From an uncultured Chloroflexia bacterium (GTDB lineage: Bacteria; Chloroflexota; Limnocylindria; Limnocylindrales; CSP1-4), in the NCBI GenBank assembly GCA_963707215.1, contig CAVPPB010000001.1, forward strand, positions 1 through 64,000: a stretch of DNA of 64,000 nt, in the 5' to 3' direction. Within the stretch, counting starts at the first letter, position 1. Each line of letters starts with the position of its first letter. A program made the translations under genes and the position numbers. The notes below the pieces were generated by a model. The model saw only the letters and a list, made by a program, of their open reading frames with translations, ran no database searches and was not told where the DNA came from. Positions 48,421-58,027 of this stretch are shown one piece after another.

Positions 48421-49365
48421 GTGCGGTTCATCCCGCTCGAGCCAGGCCATCTCGCGGATGCTGCGGCCCTGTTCGTGGCCTCGCTCAGGGCACTCCGGCG
48501 CCGGGTCCCTGCCCTGTCGGGCGACCTGGCCAGCGTCGACACGGTGGCTGAGCGCCTCGCGGGGATGCCGGGCGTCGTGGCTGTGGATGGGGGCCGCCTC
48601 GTCGGCTACCTCGCCAGCCGGTTCCCGATCGCCGGCTTCCGCGGGACCGAGCGGGTGGGCGCCTACGTCCCCGAGTGGGCCCACGCCACGGTCACCGTGG
48701 GGTCGCCGATCATCGACCGGGCCCTGTATCGAGCGGCCTCGGGCGCCTGGGCGGCAGCGGGGTGCTCCGTCCACGCCATCACCCTGCTCGAGGGGGAGAT
48801 GGACCTCCAGACGTGGTTCTGGAATGGGTTCGGGTTGACGGTCGTGGACGCGGTCCGGGCGATCGCCCCGCTCGAAGACGCACGATCGACAGTCTGCCCG
48901 GTGCGGGCCGCCACGCCGGCCGATGCGTCGGTGCTGGCGGTCCTGGACGTCGAGCACCGACGCCACTACACGGAGCCCCCCGTCTTCATGCCCCTCCGGC
49001 CGGCCGATGATGACGAAGCCTGGAGGGCCTTCCTGGCCAACCCCGGGAACAGCGCCTGGCTGGCCGAGGACGATGCGGGGCCATTCGGGTTCATCCGCTT
49101 CGACCGGATCTTTGGCGGGTCGGACATCGTCGAGTCGAAGCACGGCGTCTTCATCTCCGGGGCATATGTGCGGCCGTCACATCGAGGGCGCGGGGCCGCG
49201 ACCGCCATCCTTGACGCGGCGCTCAGGCACTACGCCGAGTCGGGAGACGAGACGTGCGCGGTCGATTTCGAGGCCTTCAACCCGGAGGCGACGGCCTTCT
49301 GGCTCCGCCATTTCGCCCCGGTCTGCTACTCCCTGACGCGCGTCCCGGAGGCCACCGGGACCTGA
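48421..49365 (+). CDS. Tandem GNAT acetyltransferase
   Basis: AYVRPSHRGRGAATAIL, FNPEATAFW; degenerate N-terminal GNAT. Confidence 0.85.
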   Translation: MRFIPLEPGHLADAAALFVASLRALRRRVPALSGDLASVDTVAERLAGMPGVVAVDGGRLVGYLASRFPIAGFRGTERVGAYVPEWAHATVTVGSPIIDRALYRAASGAWAAAGCSVHAITLLEGEMDLQTWFWNGFGLTVVDAVRAIAPLEDARSTVCPVRAATPADASVLAVLDVEHRRHYTEPPVFMPLRPADDDEAWRAFLANPGNSAWLAEDDAGPFGFIRFDRIFGGSDIVESKHGVFISGAYVRPSHRGRGAATAILDAALRHYAESGDETCAVDFEAFNPEATAFWLRHFAPVCYSLTRVPEATGT

Positions 49366-49501
49366 TCGGCGCCGGTACGCATCCGTCTCGGCGACCGACC
49401 GGTCCACTGTCTCCACCGCTCTCACGGCGCTCCTCGGCGAGGGCATGGCCGGCGACGAGGCCCCGACCGAGCGGGCCGGGACCTTCCGACACTGACATCG
49501 A

Positions 49502-49535
49502 CGAGAGGGGCCCCGAAGGCCCGGAGCCCCTCTCG
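49502..49535. terminator. Hairpin between convergent GNAT and PTE genes
   Basis: cgagaggggc / gcccctctcg inverted repeat. Confidence 0.55.
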
Positions 49536-49574
49536 CATGACCTGCGATGCGCGTACCGCCTCGCTGGCCGTTCC

Positions 49575-51077
49575 CTATGGGCGTGAATAGGCGGCGAACG
49601 GGTTGTCCTGCATCAACTTCTGGATGAGCTCCGGGGAGACCCCTTCGGCGACCATCCAGTCCTCGAACTCGAAGATCGAGGCATAGTCCTGGCTTCCGGG
49701 CCACGACACTTCCTCGCCCGGATAGCCGGGGTCGTACCAGCCGGTGTCGGAACCGATCAGGATCTGGTCCCCATAGCCAGCGTCGACGAGGTCCATGATC
49801 CAGCCCAGGTTGAGCTCGAAGCCACCGTAGTAGTCGGTCCAGAACTGGCTTCCGATCCCGTCGAGGCTGATGTAGGCGCCCTGCTCCGCGGCAGCAAGCA
49901 CGTAGTCGAAGCCAGGATCGTTGCCACTACCCCAGGTGCCCTCGAGCGTGGCGCCGTCGGCCCGCGCGGTCACCTGGGCGTGGATCCAGACGAAGCGGTA
50001 CCTGTCGAGGTCGCACCCGAACCCTTCGAGCGCCTCCATCACAGACAACGCCACCGGCCCGGAGGTGATGTGGCTTGCGATGGTCGCATCCGTTTCCTGC
50101 GCGACGAGGCACGCTGCCTCGAGGATCTTCTCCTCGGTCAGCGTCATGCCCGTGTCGTTCTGCGATAGCTTGATGAAGCCGGCCGGGACGCCGGTGCCAC
50201 CGACGCCCGGATCGCCGCTCAACTCGCCGCGCATGAAGTCGGCGATCTCCTCGACCGAGGCCCCGTACACCCAGCCGGGGTTGTCATCCGTGACGAACGG
50301 CTCGCGGTAGATACCCGTGACCATCATCGTCGGAAGATCCGCCTGCTCGGCCACGTACTTGACGATGTCGGCGCGCCGGCCGACCCCGAACGGCGTCGGC
50401 TCGATGAAGCTGCCGGCGCCGAGCGCCTTGGCCTCGGTGAGCCAGGGGGCGAGCGCCTCGTAGACGGCCTCCGGGGTCGAGCCCAGGAAGTCCTCCGGGG
50501 TCGCGTCGCCGAGCTCGACGAAGATGTGGTGGTGGGCGAGGACGTTGCCGATCTCATCCGGCCCGAGCGGGCCAGCCGTGGTATGGAACCGTAGCTCGAC
50601 GCCGCAGTCCTCCCGCCAGTCGGGATTGATCTGGAGCTCGGCTCCGTCGAAGGTGGTCACCTGGGCGGCCATCAGGCCCGACCAGGTCTCGTAGGCGTCG
50701 GCGCCGAGGTACGGCTCGGCAAGGAAGCAGGCTTCCGCCTTCCACTGGGCGTTGACCGTCTTGTGCACCTTCGCCGATGCGAGCTCCGTGAACTGGAGAC
50801 CCGCCAGCCCGGCCGGGAACGGCTCGCAGAAGCCCTCGAAGAGGGCCCGAACGTCGTCGCGGCCCTCGACGGTGACGCCGCCTGGCAGCAGGATCTGGAT
50901 GTCGCTCGGATACTGGGCCATGAGTCGATCGACGTCGCAGTCATTGAGCGCGTCGATATGCTCGGCAACGACCGCCTCAGGGGTGGGCTGGCGGACCAGG
51001 TCCGTCTTGGCGATCGCTCCGGTCGTGGTCGCTACCGCGAGGACCACCGTCATCCCTAGTACGAGTATGCGCCGCAT
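49575..51077 (-). CDS. Secreted SnoaL/NTF2-like + phosphotriesterase-family fusion protein
   Basis: Signal peptide ending AIA; HIDALNDCDVDRLMAQY...GRDDVRALF; LAHHHI, GFIK, ASH, WIHAQ, GSDTG, DNP. Confidence 0.85.
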   Translation of the reverse strand: MRRILVLGMTVVLAVATTTGAIAKTDLVRQPTPEAVVAEHIDALNDCDVDRLMAQYPSDIQILLPGGVTVEGRDDVRALFEGFCEPFPAGLAGLQFTELASAKVHKTVNAQWKAEACFLAEPYLGADAYETWSGLMAAQVTTFDGAELQINPDWREDCGVELRFHTTAGPLGPDEIGNVLAHHHIFVELGDATPEDFLGSTPEAVYEALAPWLTEAKALGAGSFIEPTPFGVGRRADIVKYVAEQADLPTMMVTGIYREPFVTDDNPGWVYGASVEEIADFMRGELSGDPGVGGTGVPAGFIKLSQNDTGMTLTEEKILEAACLVAQETDATIASHITSGPVALSVMEALEGFGCDLDRYRFVWIHAQVTARADGATLEGTWGSGNDPGFDYVLAAAEQGAYISLDGIGSQFWTDYYGGFELNLGWIMDLVDAGYGDQILIGSDTGWYDPGYPGEEVSWPGSQDYASIFEFEDWMVAEGVSPELIQKLMQDNPFAAYSRP

Positions 51078-51419
51078 GCGCGCCTCCCTTCTCGCCCGAT
51101 CCCGCGCACAGCAGGGATGGACGACGCGAGGCCGCTCTCCACTCGGATCTGGGCACGCACCCGGCATGGGCCTGGCGTCATCGCCCCGGCGCGATAGCGG
51201 TCAGGGTGGCAGTCGCGGGAGGCGAGAGTCTAGGGACCAAGGGCCTGAACCAGCCCGCAACGTCAGGCGCGCCGCGATCCTCCCACCGGGCACTGGTGGA
51301 AGGACGGGGTCGGCCCACCGCTCGCCACGCATGTCGTCCAGGGGCACCGCTGGCGCGATCAGTGAGGGTGGTCCCGACCGGTCGCCACGGCTGTCTCCAG
51401 CGGGAAAGCGGACATGGAC

Positions 51420-51445
51420 GAAGCCGGCCCTGAAGGGCCGGCTTC
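51420..51445 (-). terminator. Hairpin terminator after the tRNA operon
   Basis: gaagccggccc-tgaa-gggccggcttc just 3' of tRNA-Cys. Confidence 0.65.
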
Positions 51446-51457
51446 GAGCTTGGATCC

Positions 51458-51534
51458 TGGAGGCGACGGCCGGATTCGAACCGGCGAATAGAGGTTTTGC
51501 AGACCTCCGTGTTAAGCCACTTCACCACGTCGCC
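51458..51534 (-). tRNA. tRNA-Cys(GCA)
   Basis: GAGGT-CTGCAAA-ACCTC anticodon arm, GGTTCGAATCC, CCA. Confidence 0.95.
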
Positions 51535-51540
51535 GAGAGT

Positions 51541-51614
51541 TGGCTGCCCCTCGAGGATTCGAACCTCGGTTCACGGATCCAAAGTCCGCTGTCCTACCAC
51601 TAGACGAAGGGGCA
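51541..51614 (-). tRNA. tRNA-Gln(TTG)
   Basis: GCGGA-CTTTGGA-TCCGT anticodon arm, CCA. Confidence 0.95.
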
Positions 51615-51650
51615 GCGGTGGAGGCTACCGACGTTGCTCGAGGGAGGAGA

Positions 51651-51726
51651 TGGAGCGGAAGACGGGACTCGAACCCGCGACCCTCACCTTGGCAAGGTGA
51701 TGCTCTACCAACTGAGCCACTTCCGC
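51651..51726 (-). tRNA. tRNA-Gly(GCC)
   Basis: TCACC-TTGCCAA-GGTGA anticodon arm, CCA. Confidence 0.96.
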
Positions 51727-51757
51727 CCTGTGTTCGACGCCGCCACCTCCTGGTGGT

Positions 51758-51833
51758 TGGTGCCGAGAGCCAGATTCGAACTGGCGACACCGCGATTTTC
51801 AGTCGCGTGCTCTACCAACTGAGCTATCTCGGC
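51758..51833 (-). tRNA. tRNA-Phe(GAA)
   Basis: GCGA-CTGAAAA-TCGC anticodon arm, CCA; TGCTATCCT promoter at 51876-51884. Confidence 0.96.
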
Positions 51834-51985
51834 CCGATGCCGGCGGACCCGTCGACAGCCCGGTCGGCGCGCGTGAGGATAGCATGGCGCTCGCCGGCCC
51901 ATCAAGGACGGCGCCTCTCGCAGGCCGGGCGACCGGCCCCTGCCCGACCCCCCGGCCTCCCGGGAGGCCAGCCGGATCGAGGCGC

Positions 51986-52962
51986 TCACTCGAGCCCCGT
52001 CAGGACCGCGATCTCCTCCGGGCCAAGCTCGGGTCGTCCGGTCAGTTCCCGGAGGCGGTTGACCCGTTCGACGATCGGCGGATGGGTCGAGAAGAGCCCC
52101 GACGCTCGCTTCTCGAACTTCTTGATCGGGTTCGTGAAGTAGAGGTGCTGGGTAGCCCGGTTGGCGACCTCGAGGACCTCGCGATCCCCTGCGATCACCG
52201 CGAGCGCCCGCTCCAGGCCGTACGGGTTGCGGGTCAGCTCGACGGACGAGGCATCCGCCAGGTACTCGCGCTGGCGACTGACCGCCATCTGGACGAGCCG
52301 GGCGACGATCGGGGCGACGATCGCCAGGACGATCGCCACGACGGCCATGATCGCAGCCAGTCCGGCCCCATCCCGGCTTCCCCCGCGCGACGATCCGCGG
52401 CCGCCGCCGAACCAGAACGACCAGCGCAGGTACATGTCCGCGAGCAGGGCGATGCTGCCCACGAGCACCCCGACCATCAAGGTGAAGCGGATGTCGAAGT
52501 TGCGGACATGGGACAGCTCGTGGCCGATGACGCCCTGGAGTTCCTCGCGATCGAGCTTCTGGAGCAGCCCGGTCGTCACCGCGACCGAGGCATGGTCCGG
52601 GTCGCGCCCGGTCGCGAACGCGTTCGGCGCCGTATCGTCGATCAGGTAGACCTTCGGCATCGGCAGCCCAGCTGCCAGCGACAGCTCGCGGACGATGTTG
52701 ATGAGCTGCGGCGCCTGCGCCTCGTCGACCGGTTTCGCACCCGAGGCCGCCAGGACGAGCTTGTCGCCCGAGAAGTACGAGCCGAGCGACAGCGCAGTCC
52801 CCAGCGCGATCGCCCCGAGGGTGACCGCCAGGGCACCCGCGACCTCGGCGGTCAGCGCATAGCCGATCGCCATCCCGAGGGCTGCCAGCAGAGCGACCAC
52901 GACGAGCGCCAGCAGGAACGAGTTCCGCGGTTGGCGGACTGCTGCTGGTAGAACGTCGTCAT
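51986..52962 (-). CDS. htpX: Zinc metalloprotease HtpX (M48), frameshift near N-terminus
   Basis: PNAFATG, HELSH, SRQREYLAD, FSTHPP; ATG at 52962 is out of frame with the body. Confidence 0.92.
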
Positions 52963-53053
52963 CCGGCCCTCCGGGATCAGCGCCGACCGACGACCCCTAG
53001 CGTCGAACCGGCTCGACCGACTCGCTCGCAGGTCGCCGGACGCTCGCCGGATC

Positions 53054-53630
53054 CTACGTCCGGAGGCTCAGATCGACGGTCGGCACCTGGTCTCGACCTC
53101 GTCAGGCGCATCGAAGAACTCGCGCCGGATGAAGCCGAGCGGTCCCGGCGATGATGACGGCCGGGAACGTCGCGATCTGGGTGTTGTAGTCCCGGACCGT
53201 CGCGTTGTAGTGCTGCCGTGAGAAGCTGATCTGGTTCTCGGTCGTGGTCAGCTGCTCCTGGAGGCTCAGGACGTTCTCGTTGGCCTTGAGGGTCGGGTAG
53301 TTCTCGACCACGGCGAACAGCGATCGGAGGGCGCCGGTCAGCATGTTCTCGGCAGCGGCCTGCTCGGCCGGGCCACGTGCCCCGGCGGCGATCGCGGCAG
53401 CCCGGGCCTCGGTCACCTTCGTCAGGGTGTCCTGCTCGAACTCCAGGTAGCCCTTGACGGCACTGACGAGGTTCGGGATCAGGTCGTAGCGCCGCTTGAG
53501 CTGGACCTCGATCTGGGCGAAGGCCTCGTCGACGCGGAGCCGCCGCTGGACCAAGCCGTTGTAGATGAGGATGACGGCGATCACCACCGACCGCGACGAC
53601 GACGAGGACGATCAGCAGGCCGATCTCCAT
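53054..53630 (-). CDS. lemA: LemA family protein, frameshifted
   Basis: YNGLV, QLKRRYDLIPNLV, ENYPTLKA, RQHYN; termini lie in other frames. Confidence 0.9.
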
Positions 53631-53819
53631 GGAGCACCCCGTCTGGGCGAGGCCGGGTGGCCTCGGGTGCGGCCAGTCTAGCAGCGGGCCTGGGGCGCAA
53701 GGCAGGGCCGTTCGGAGGGAGATGCACCTATCGGGGGAACGGCGGCGGCACGTCGCCCGGGTCCAGGCCTGGAGGGTCGACGCCGCCCGCGCCCCGGCAG
53801 CCAGGGCCGGTGCCGTGAG

Positions 53820-53896
<77 letters not shown>

Positions 53897-53962
53897 TCGA
53901 CCGATGCTACTCCCGGGAACGCGAAGCGGGCGACTCGCGCCGCCCGCCGGTCAGGCGAGGGG

Positions 53963-54047
53963 TGGTGCCCAGGCCGGGACTTGAACCCGGATGAGTTGCC
54001 TCATACGCCCCTCAAACGTACGCGTATACCAATTCCGCCACCTGGGC
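53963..54047 (-). tRNA. tRNA-Leu(GAG)
   Basis: TACGT-TTGAGGG-GCGTA anticodon arm, long variable arm, CCA. Confidence 0.95.
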
Positions 54048-54087
54048 ATGCCTTGGAGAGCCGTGATCCTCTTGAGGGTAGAGGTGA

Positions 54088-54176
54088 TGGTACCGAGGAC
54101 GGGATTTGAACCCATACGGGCCTTACAGCCCACTAGCTCCTGAGGCTAGCGCGTCTACCAGTTCCGCCACCTCGGC
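54088..54176 (-). tRNA. tRNA-Leu(CAG)
   Basis: CTAGC-CTCAGGA-GCTAG anticodon arm, long variable arm, CCA. Confidence 0.95.
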
Positions 54177-54212
54177 GTTGGATCCGGCCCTCCGGTCGGC
54201 TCGCGCGGACGC

Positions 54213-55940
54213 TCACCGGCCGTCAGCGAGGCGCCATGCTACCACATCGTAGAAACGGTCGGCCGTCTCGCTGACGAGCCGCGGCGTGGGTCCCTGGAGC
54301 TCCGAAACGGCGACTACGGCCTCGTCCCGGAAGGCCAGCGGCAGCATCGGCTGGCTCAGGCGCAGGTAGGCCTGCAGCTCCCGGAACGCCGCCAGTCGTT
54401 CCTCGGCCGAACCCGGCGTCCTTGCCGCCTCCAGCAGGCGGTCCAGCGAAGGATCCTGGAGCCCCGAGAGGTTCGCTCCGCCGCCGATGGTCTGGGTCGA
54501 GGCGAGGAGTGGGTACAGGTCCGGATCCAGGCCGATGGCGAGGTCCACGACGGCTGCCTCGTAGTCACCGGCCTCGATCCGTGCGGCGAGCTCGGCGGGG
54601 GGCAGATGGATGAGCGTGACCTCGATCCCGAGGGCCCGCCAATCCGAGGCCACCGCCTCGGCCGCGGCATGGGTGGCCCGGTTCGTCGTCTCGACGGGGG
54701 CGAGCAGCTCGACGGTGCCCGTCGTCCCGGCCCCTGGGATCGCCCAGGCCGAGCCCTTGGCCGTCCAGCCACCTGCCGCCAGGAGCTTGCGTGCCGCCGC
54801 TGGGTCGTAGGCGATGGGCTCGCTGGCCGATGCATCGAAGGCCCAGGAGTTCGGCGGTATCGGCGCGTCGGCTCTGACGGCCAGGCCCGACAGCGTCGTC
54901 GAGACGAGTCGGTCGCGGTCGATCGCGCTCAGCAGGCCGCGGCGGACACGAGCGTCGCGGAAGGTCGTGCGCGTCGGGCGGACGTCAAGGAGGACGGTCG
55001 TCAGGGTCGTCGACGGGTAGCGGATGAGGCGCAGCCCCGGATCGCCTGCGACCGCCACCGCATCGCCCGGCGGCAGTCCAGCCGCTGCGTGGACGGTGCC
55101 GGCGATCAACGCCTCGGCGAGCTCGGCCGGCGTGGAATAGAACTCGAGCTCGATCCGGCCAAGGTACGGGACGGGCTGGCCCGGATGGGCCGTGGGCCCG
55201 GGTGTCGCCAGCGAATCGACCGTGGACGCCGCCGGAGCGGGCTCGTCCCTCGCCTCGGGTAGATCCGGGTCGAACGCCTCGAGCTGAGCGCGGCTGGCGC
55301 TCCAGGAGATCACTCGGTAGGGTCCCGAGCCGACGGGCTGCTGGTTGAATGGGTGGGTCGCGAGGAGCTCGGCTGGGACGTCGCCGAGGATGTGCTCCGG
55401 GGCGATCGGCTGGGTCGCTGCCTGGAGGAAGCCGCCGATCGGGTCGCCGATGGAGAACGCCACGGTCCGGTCGTCGACGATCCGGGCGGTCACGTCGCGC
55501 CAGGAGCCTCCGCCGGGGCCCGTGTAGTCGTCGTCGTTCAGGGCGGCCACGGTGAACAGCACGTCACGAGCCGTCACTGGCTCGCCGTCATGCCACACGG
55601 CATCGTCGCGGATGGTGAAGGTCCAGTTGGTCCCAGCCTCGTCGCTGCTCCAGCGCTCGGCGAGGTCCGGAACGAGCGACCCGTCGGGCCCCAGGCGGAC
55701 CAGCCCGGAGAACGCGAGTCGCACGAGCGCCCGATCGGCTGGCGTGATCGCTGCGAAGGGGCTGACCGCCGACGGCCGGCCCACCATCCCCTCGCGGTAC
55801 GGGGCTTCGGACTCCAGCGTCGGACTCGGATCGGCGGGCCCCCCGACCGGACCGGCCAGGGTGGGCAGGGCGAGCGCCAACGTCAGGACCGCCAGCACGG
55901 CCAGCAGCCCAGCCACGACAGCGCGGTCGCGCCCGATCAT
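54213..55940 (-). CDS. Peptide ABC transporter substrate-binding protein (family 5), orphan
   Basis: FSGLV...PDLAERW, WHDGEPVTARDV, PVGSGPY, AIDR. Confidence 0.9.
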   Translation of the reverse strand: MIGRDRAVVAGLLAVLAVLTLALALPTLAGPVGGPADPSPTLESEAPYREGMVGRPSAVSPFAAITPADRALVRLAFSGLVRLGPDGSLVPDLAERWSSDEAGTNWTFTIRDDAVWHDGEPVTARDVLFTVAALNDDDYTGPGGGSWRDVTARIVDDRTVAFSIGDPIGGFLQAATQPIAPEHILGDVPAELLATHPFNQQPVGSGPYRVISWSASRAQLEAFDPDLPEARDEPAPAASTVDSLATPGPTAHPGQPVPYLGRIELEFYSTPAELAEALIAGTVHAAAGLPPGDAVAVAGDPGLRLIRYPSTTLTTVLLDVRPTRTTFRDARVRRGLLSAIDRDRLVSTTLSGLAVRADAPIPPNSWAFDASASEPIAYDPAAARKLLAAGGWTAKGSAWAIPGAGTTGTVELLAPVETTNRATHAAAEAVASDWRALGIEVTLIHLPPAELAARIEAGDYEAAVVDLAIGLDPDLYPLLASTQTIGGGANLSGLQDPSLDRLLEAARTPGSAEERLAAFRELQAYLRLSQPMLPLAFRDEAVVAVSELQGPTPRLVSETADRFYDVVAWRLADGR

Positions 55941-55987
55941 GGACGACTCACCGCGCCCTCACGGGCGACTCGAGCATCGCAGCGGGG

Positions 55988-56155
55988 CTCGCGGACATCG
56001 CTCCTCCATACGGGCGTTTGGCTCCATCGATCCCGACCTTGCGCGAGCCACTGGGGACGGGCCCATCGCCAAAGGACCGAAGCGACACACCCGTGGGTGC
56101 GGTCGCGTTATCCAGCCCTCCTAGACCCGCGGGACGCGGCCGATGTGACGTCGAG
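55988..56155. ncRNA. Candidate rod-like structured RNA (6S/SsrS-like)
   Basis: Nested complementarity: ctcg/cgag, acatcg/cgatgt, cggg/cccg, gtttgg/ctagac, unpaired bubble, cgacc/ggtcg, ccac-ggg/ccc-gtgg, tcgc/gcga. Confidence 0.5.
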
Positions 56156-56170
56156 GTGGCGGACGACGCC

Positions 56171-56389
56171 TCAGGCCAGCAGGAAGATCGCCATCGAGAA
56201 GACGACGAAGAGGCCGGCCAGGACGATCGTGAAGCGATAGAGGGTCTTCTCGATGCCGCGCCGGCTCCGGTAGACAGCCGAATCGCCACCGAAGGCCGCC
56301 GAGAGCCCGGTTCCCCGGGCCTGGAGCAGGATGGCGACGACGAGGGCGGCGGCAACGACGATCTGGCCGACGGCCAAGAGAGGGTTCAC
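56171..56389 (-). CDS. secG: Preprotein translocase subunit SecG
   Basis: ILLQARGTGLSAAFGG...RRGIEKTL; two TM helices. Confidence 0.93.
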   Translation of the reverse strand: MNPLLAVGQIVVAAALVVAILLQARGTGLSAAFGGDSAVYRSRRGIEKTLYRFTIVLAGLFVVFSMAIFLLA

Positions 56390-56451
56390 GTTGGGTCCTG
56401 TTCCTCGTGGGACGGGCAGCCGGGGGATGGTAGCACAGGCCCGGCGCTCCC

Positions 56452-57210
56452 CTAGTCCACCGTCCGGTCGGCCGACCCCTGGGCCGCCACGGAGGCGATC
56501 GCCGCCTCGATCCGGGCCGCGTCGCCGAGGTAGTGGTGCGATCGGGGCCGCAGATCGTCGTCGAGCTCGTACACGAGCGGCACCCCCGTCGGGATGTTCA
56601 GCCCGACGATCGCCTCATTCGAGATGCCGTCGAGATACTTCACGAGGGCCCGCAGGCTGTTGCCGTGGGCCGCGATCAGGGTCCGCCGACCATCCCGGAC
56701 CGCGGGCGCGATCTCGGCCTCCCAATACGGCAGGAACCGGGCGACCGTGTCCTTGAGCGCCTCCGAGCACGGCAGGTCGGCGGGATCGAGGCCCGCGTAG
56801 CGCGGGTCGTGGGCGGGGTGTCGGTCATCGTCCCGGTCGAGCGCGGGCGGCGGCACGTCGTACGAACGCCGCCAGATGCGGACCTGCTCGTCGCCGAATT
56901 CCCGTGCCGTCTCGGCCTTGTTGAGCCCCTGCAGCGAGCCGTAGTGACGCTCGTTCAGGCGCCACGAGTGACGGACGGGGATCCACATCCGGTCGAGCTC
57001 ATCCTGGACGATCCAGAGGGTCCTGATCGCCCGCCGCAGGACCGACGTGAACGCGATGTCGAAGTCGAACCCTCCATCCCGGAGGAGCCGACCGGCCTCG
57101 TGGGCCTCGGCAACGCCGGCGTCCGAGAGATCGACGTCGGTCCAGCCGGTGAAGCGGTTCTCGTGGTTCCAGGTGCTCTCGCCATGGCGGAGCAGGACCA
57201 GGGTCGGCAT
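56452..57210 (-). CDS. gpmA: 2,3-BPG-dependent phosphoglycerate mutase
   Basis: LRHGES, NERHYG, AHGNSLR. Confidence 0.97.
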   Translation of the reverse strand: MPTLVLLRHGESTWNHENRFTGWTDVDLSDAGVAEAHEAGRLLRDGGFDFDIAFTSVLRRAIRTLWIVQDELDRMWIPVRHSWRLNERHYGSLQGLNKAETAREFGDEQVRIWRRSYDVPPPALDRDDDRHPAHDPRYAGLDPADLPCSEALKDTVARFLPYWEAEIAPAVRDGRRTLIAAHGNSLRALVKYLDGISNEAIVGLNIPTGVPLVYELDDDLRPRSHHYLGDAARIEAAIASVAAQGSADRTVD

Positions 57211-57230
57211 GGGTCCTCCGTCGTCGTCGG

Positions 57231-58019
57231 CTACCGGGTCGCGTTCCGTCGGGCTCCGGCGGTCAGGCCGGCGCTGGCGACGATCCCGGCCATCTCGTCG
57301 GGCTTGAGCGAGGCCCCTCCGACGAGGGCCCCGTCGATCTCCGGCTCGGCCAGGAACTCGTCGATCGTCGCGCTGGTGACGCTGCCGCCGTAGAGGATGG
57401 GCAGGTCACCGGAAGGTTCCAGCCAGCCCAGATCGGAGCAGGCCGCCCGGATCGCCGACGCCATGGCGGAGGCGTCCGCGCCGGTCGCCGTCCTGCCAGT
57501 CCCGATGGCCCAGACCGGCTCGTAGGCGATGACGAGGCCGGCCGAGGCCAGGATCGCGGGATCGTGTGCGGCCAGGGCACCGGCGACCTGGGCCCGAACG
57601 ACCTGCTCGGCGACGCCGCGCTCACGCTCGGCGAGCTGCTCGCCGACGCAGACGATCGGCCGCAGTCCGAACTCGACCGCACGGCCGAGCTTCGCCGCCA
57701 CGAGGGCATCGGTCTCCCCGGCATCGCGCCGCCGCTCGGAGTGGCCGAGGATCACCCAGCTGGCCAGGCCGACCAGCATCGGTGCGGACACCGCGCCGGT
57801 GTAGGCGCCGGCCACCTCATGGTGGACATCCTGCGCTCCGATCTCGACGCCCGCGCCCTCGAGTGCTCGGCCGACCTCGGCCAGACAGACGTACGGTGGG
57901 CAGATGACGCGCGTCACCTCGGGCACGTCGGTCCGCCGGGCGATCGTGGCCGCCAGCTCGCCGGCATCCGACGGGGTCGTGTGCATCTTCCAGTTGGCCG
58001 CGATGACGACGGGTCGCAT
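57231..58019 (-). CDS. tpiA: Triosephosphate isomerase
   Basis: [33 protein letters not shown]. Confidence 0.97.
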   Translation of the reverse strand: MRPVVIAANWKMHTTPSDAGELAATIARRTDVPEVTRVICPPYVCLAEVGRALEGAGVEIGAQDVHHEVAGAYTGAVSAPMLVGLASWVILGHSERRRDAGETDALVAAKLGRAVEFGLRPIVCVGEQLAERERGVAEQVVRAQVAGALAAHDPAILASAGLVIAYEPVWAIGTGRTATGADASAMASAIRAACSDLGWLEPSGDLPILYGGSVTSATIDEFLAEPEIDGALVGGASLKPDEMAGIVASAGLTAGARRNATR

Positions 58020-58027
58020 GGCCGGAA

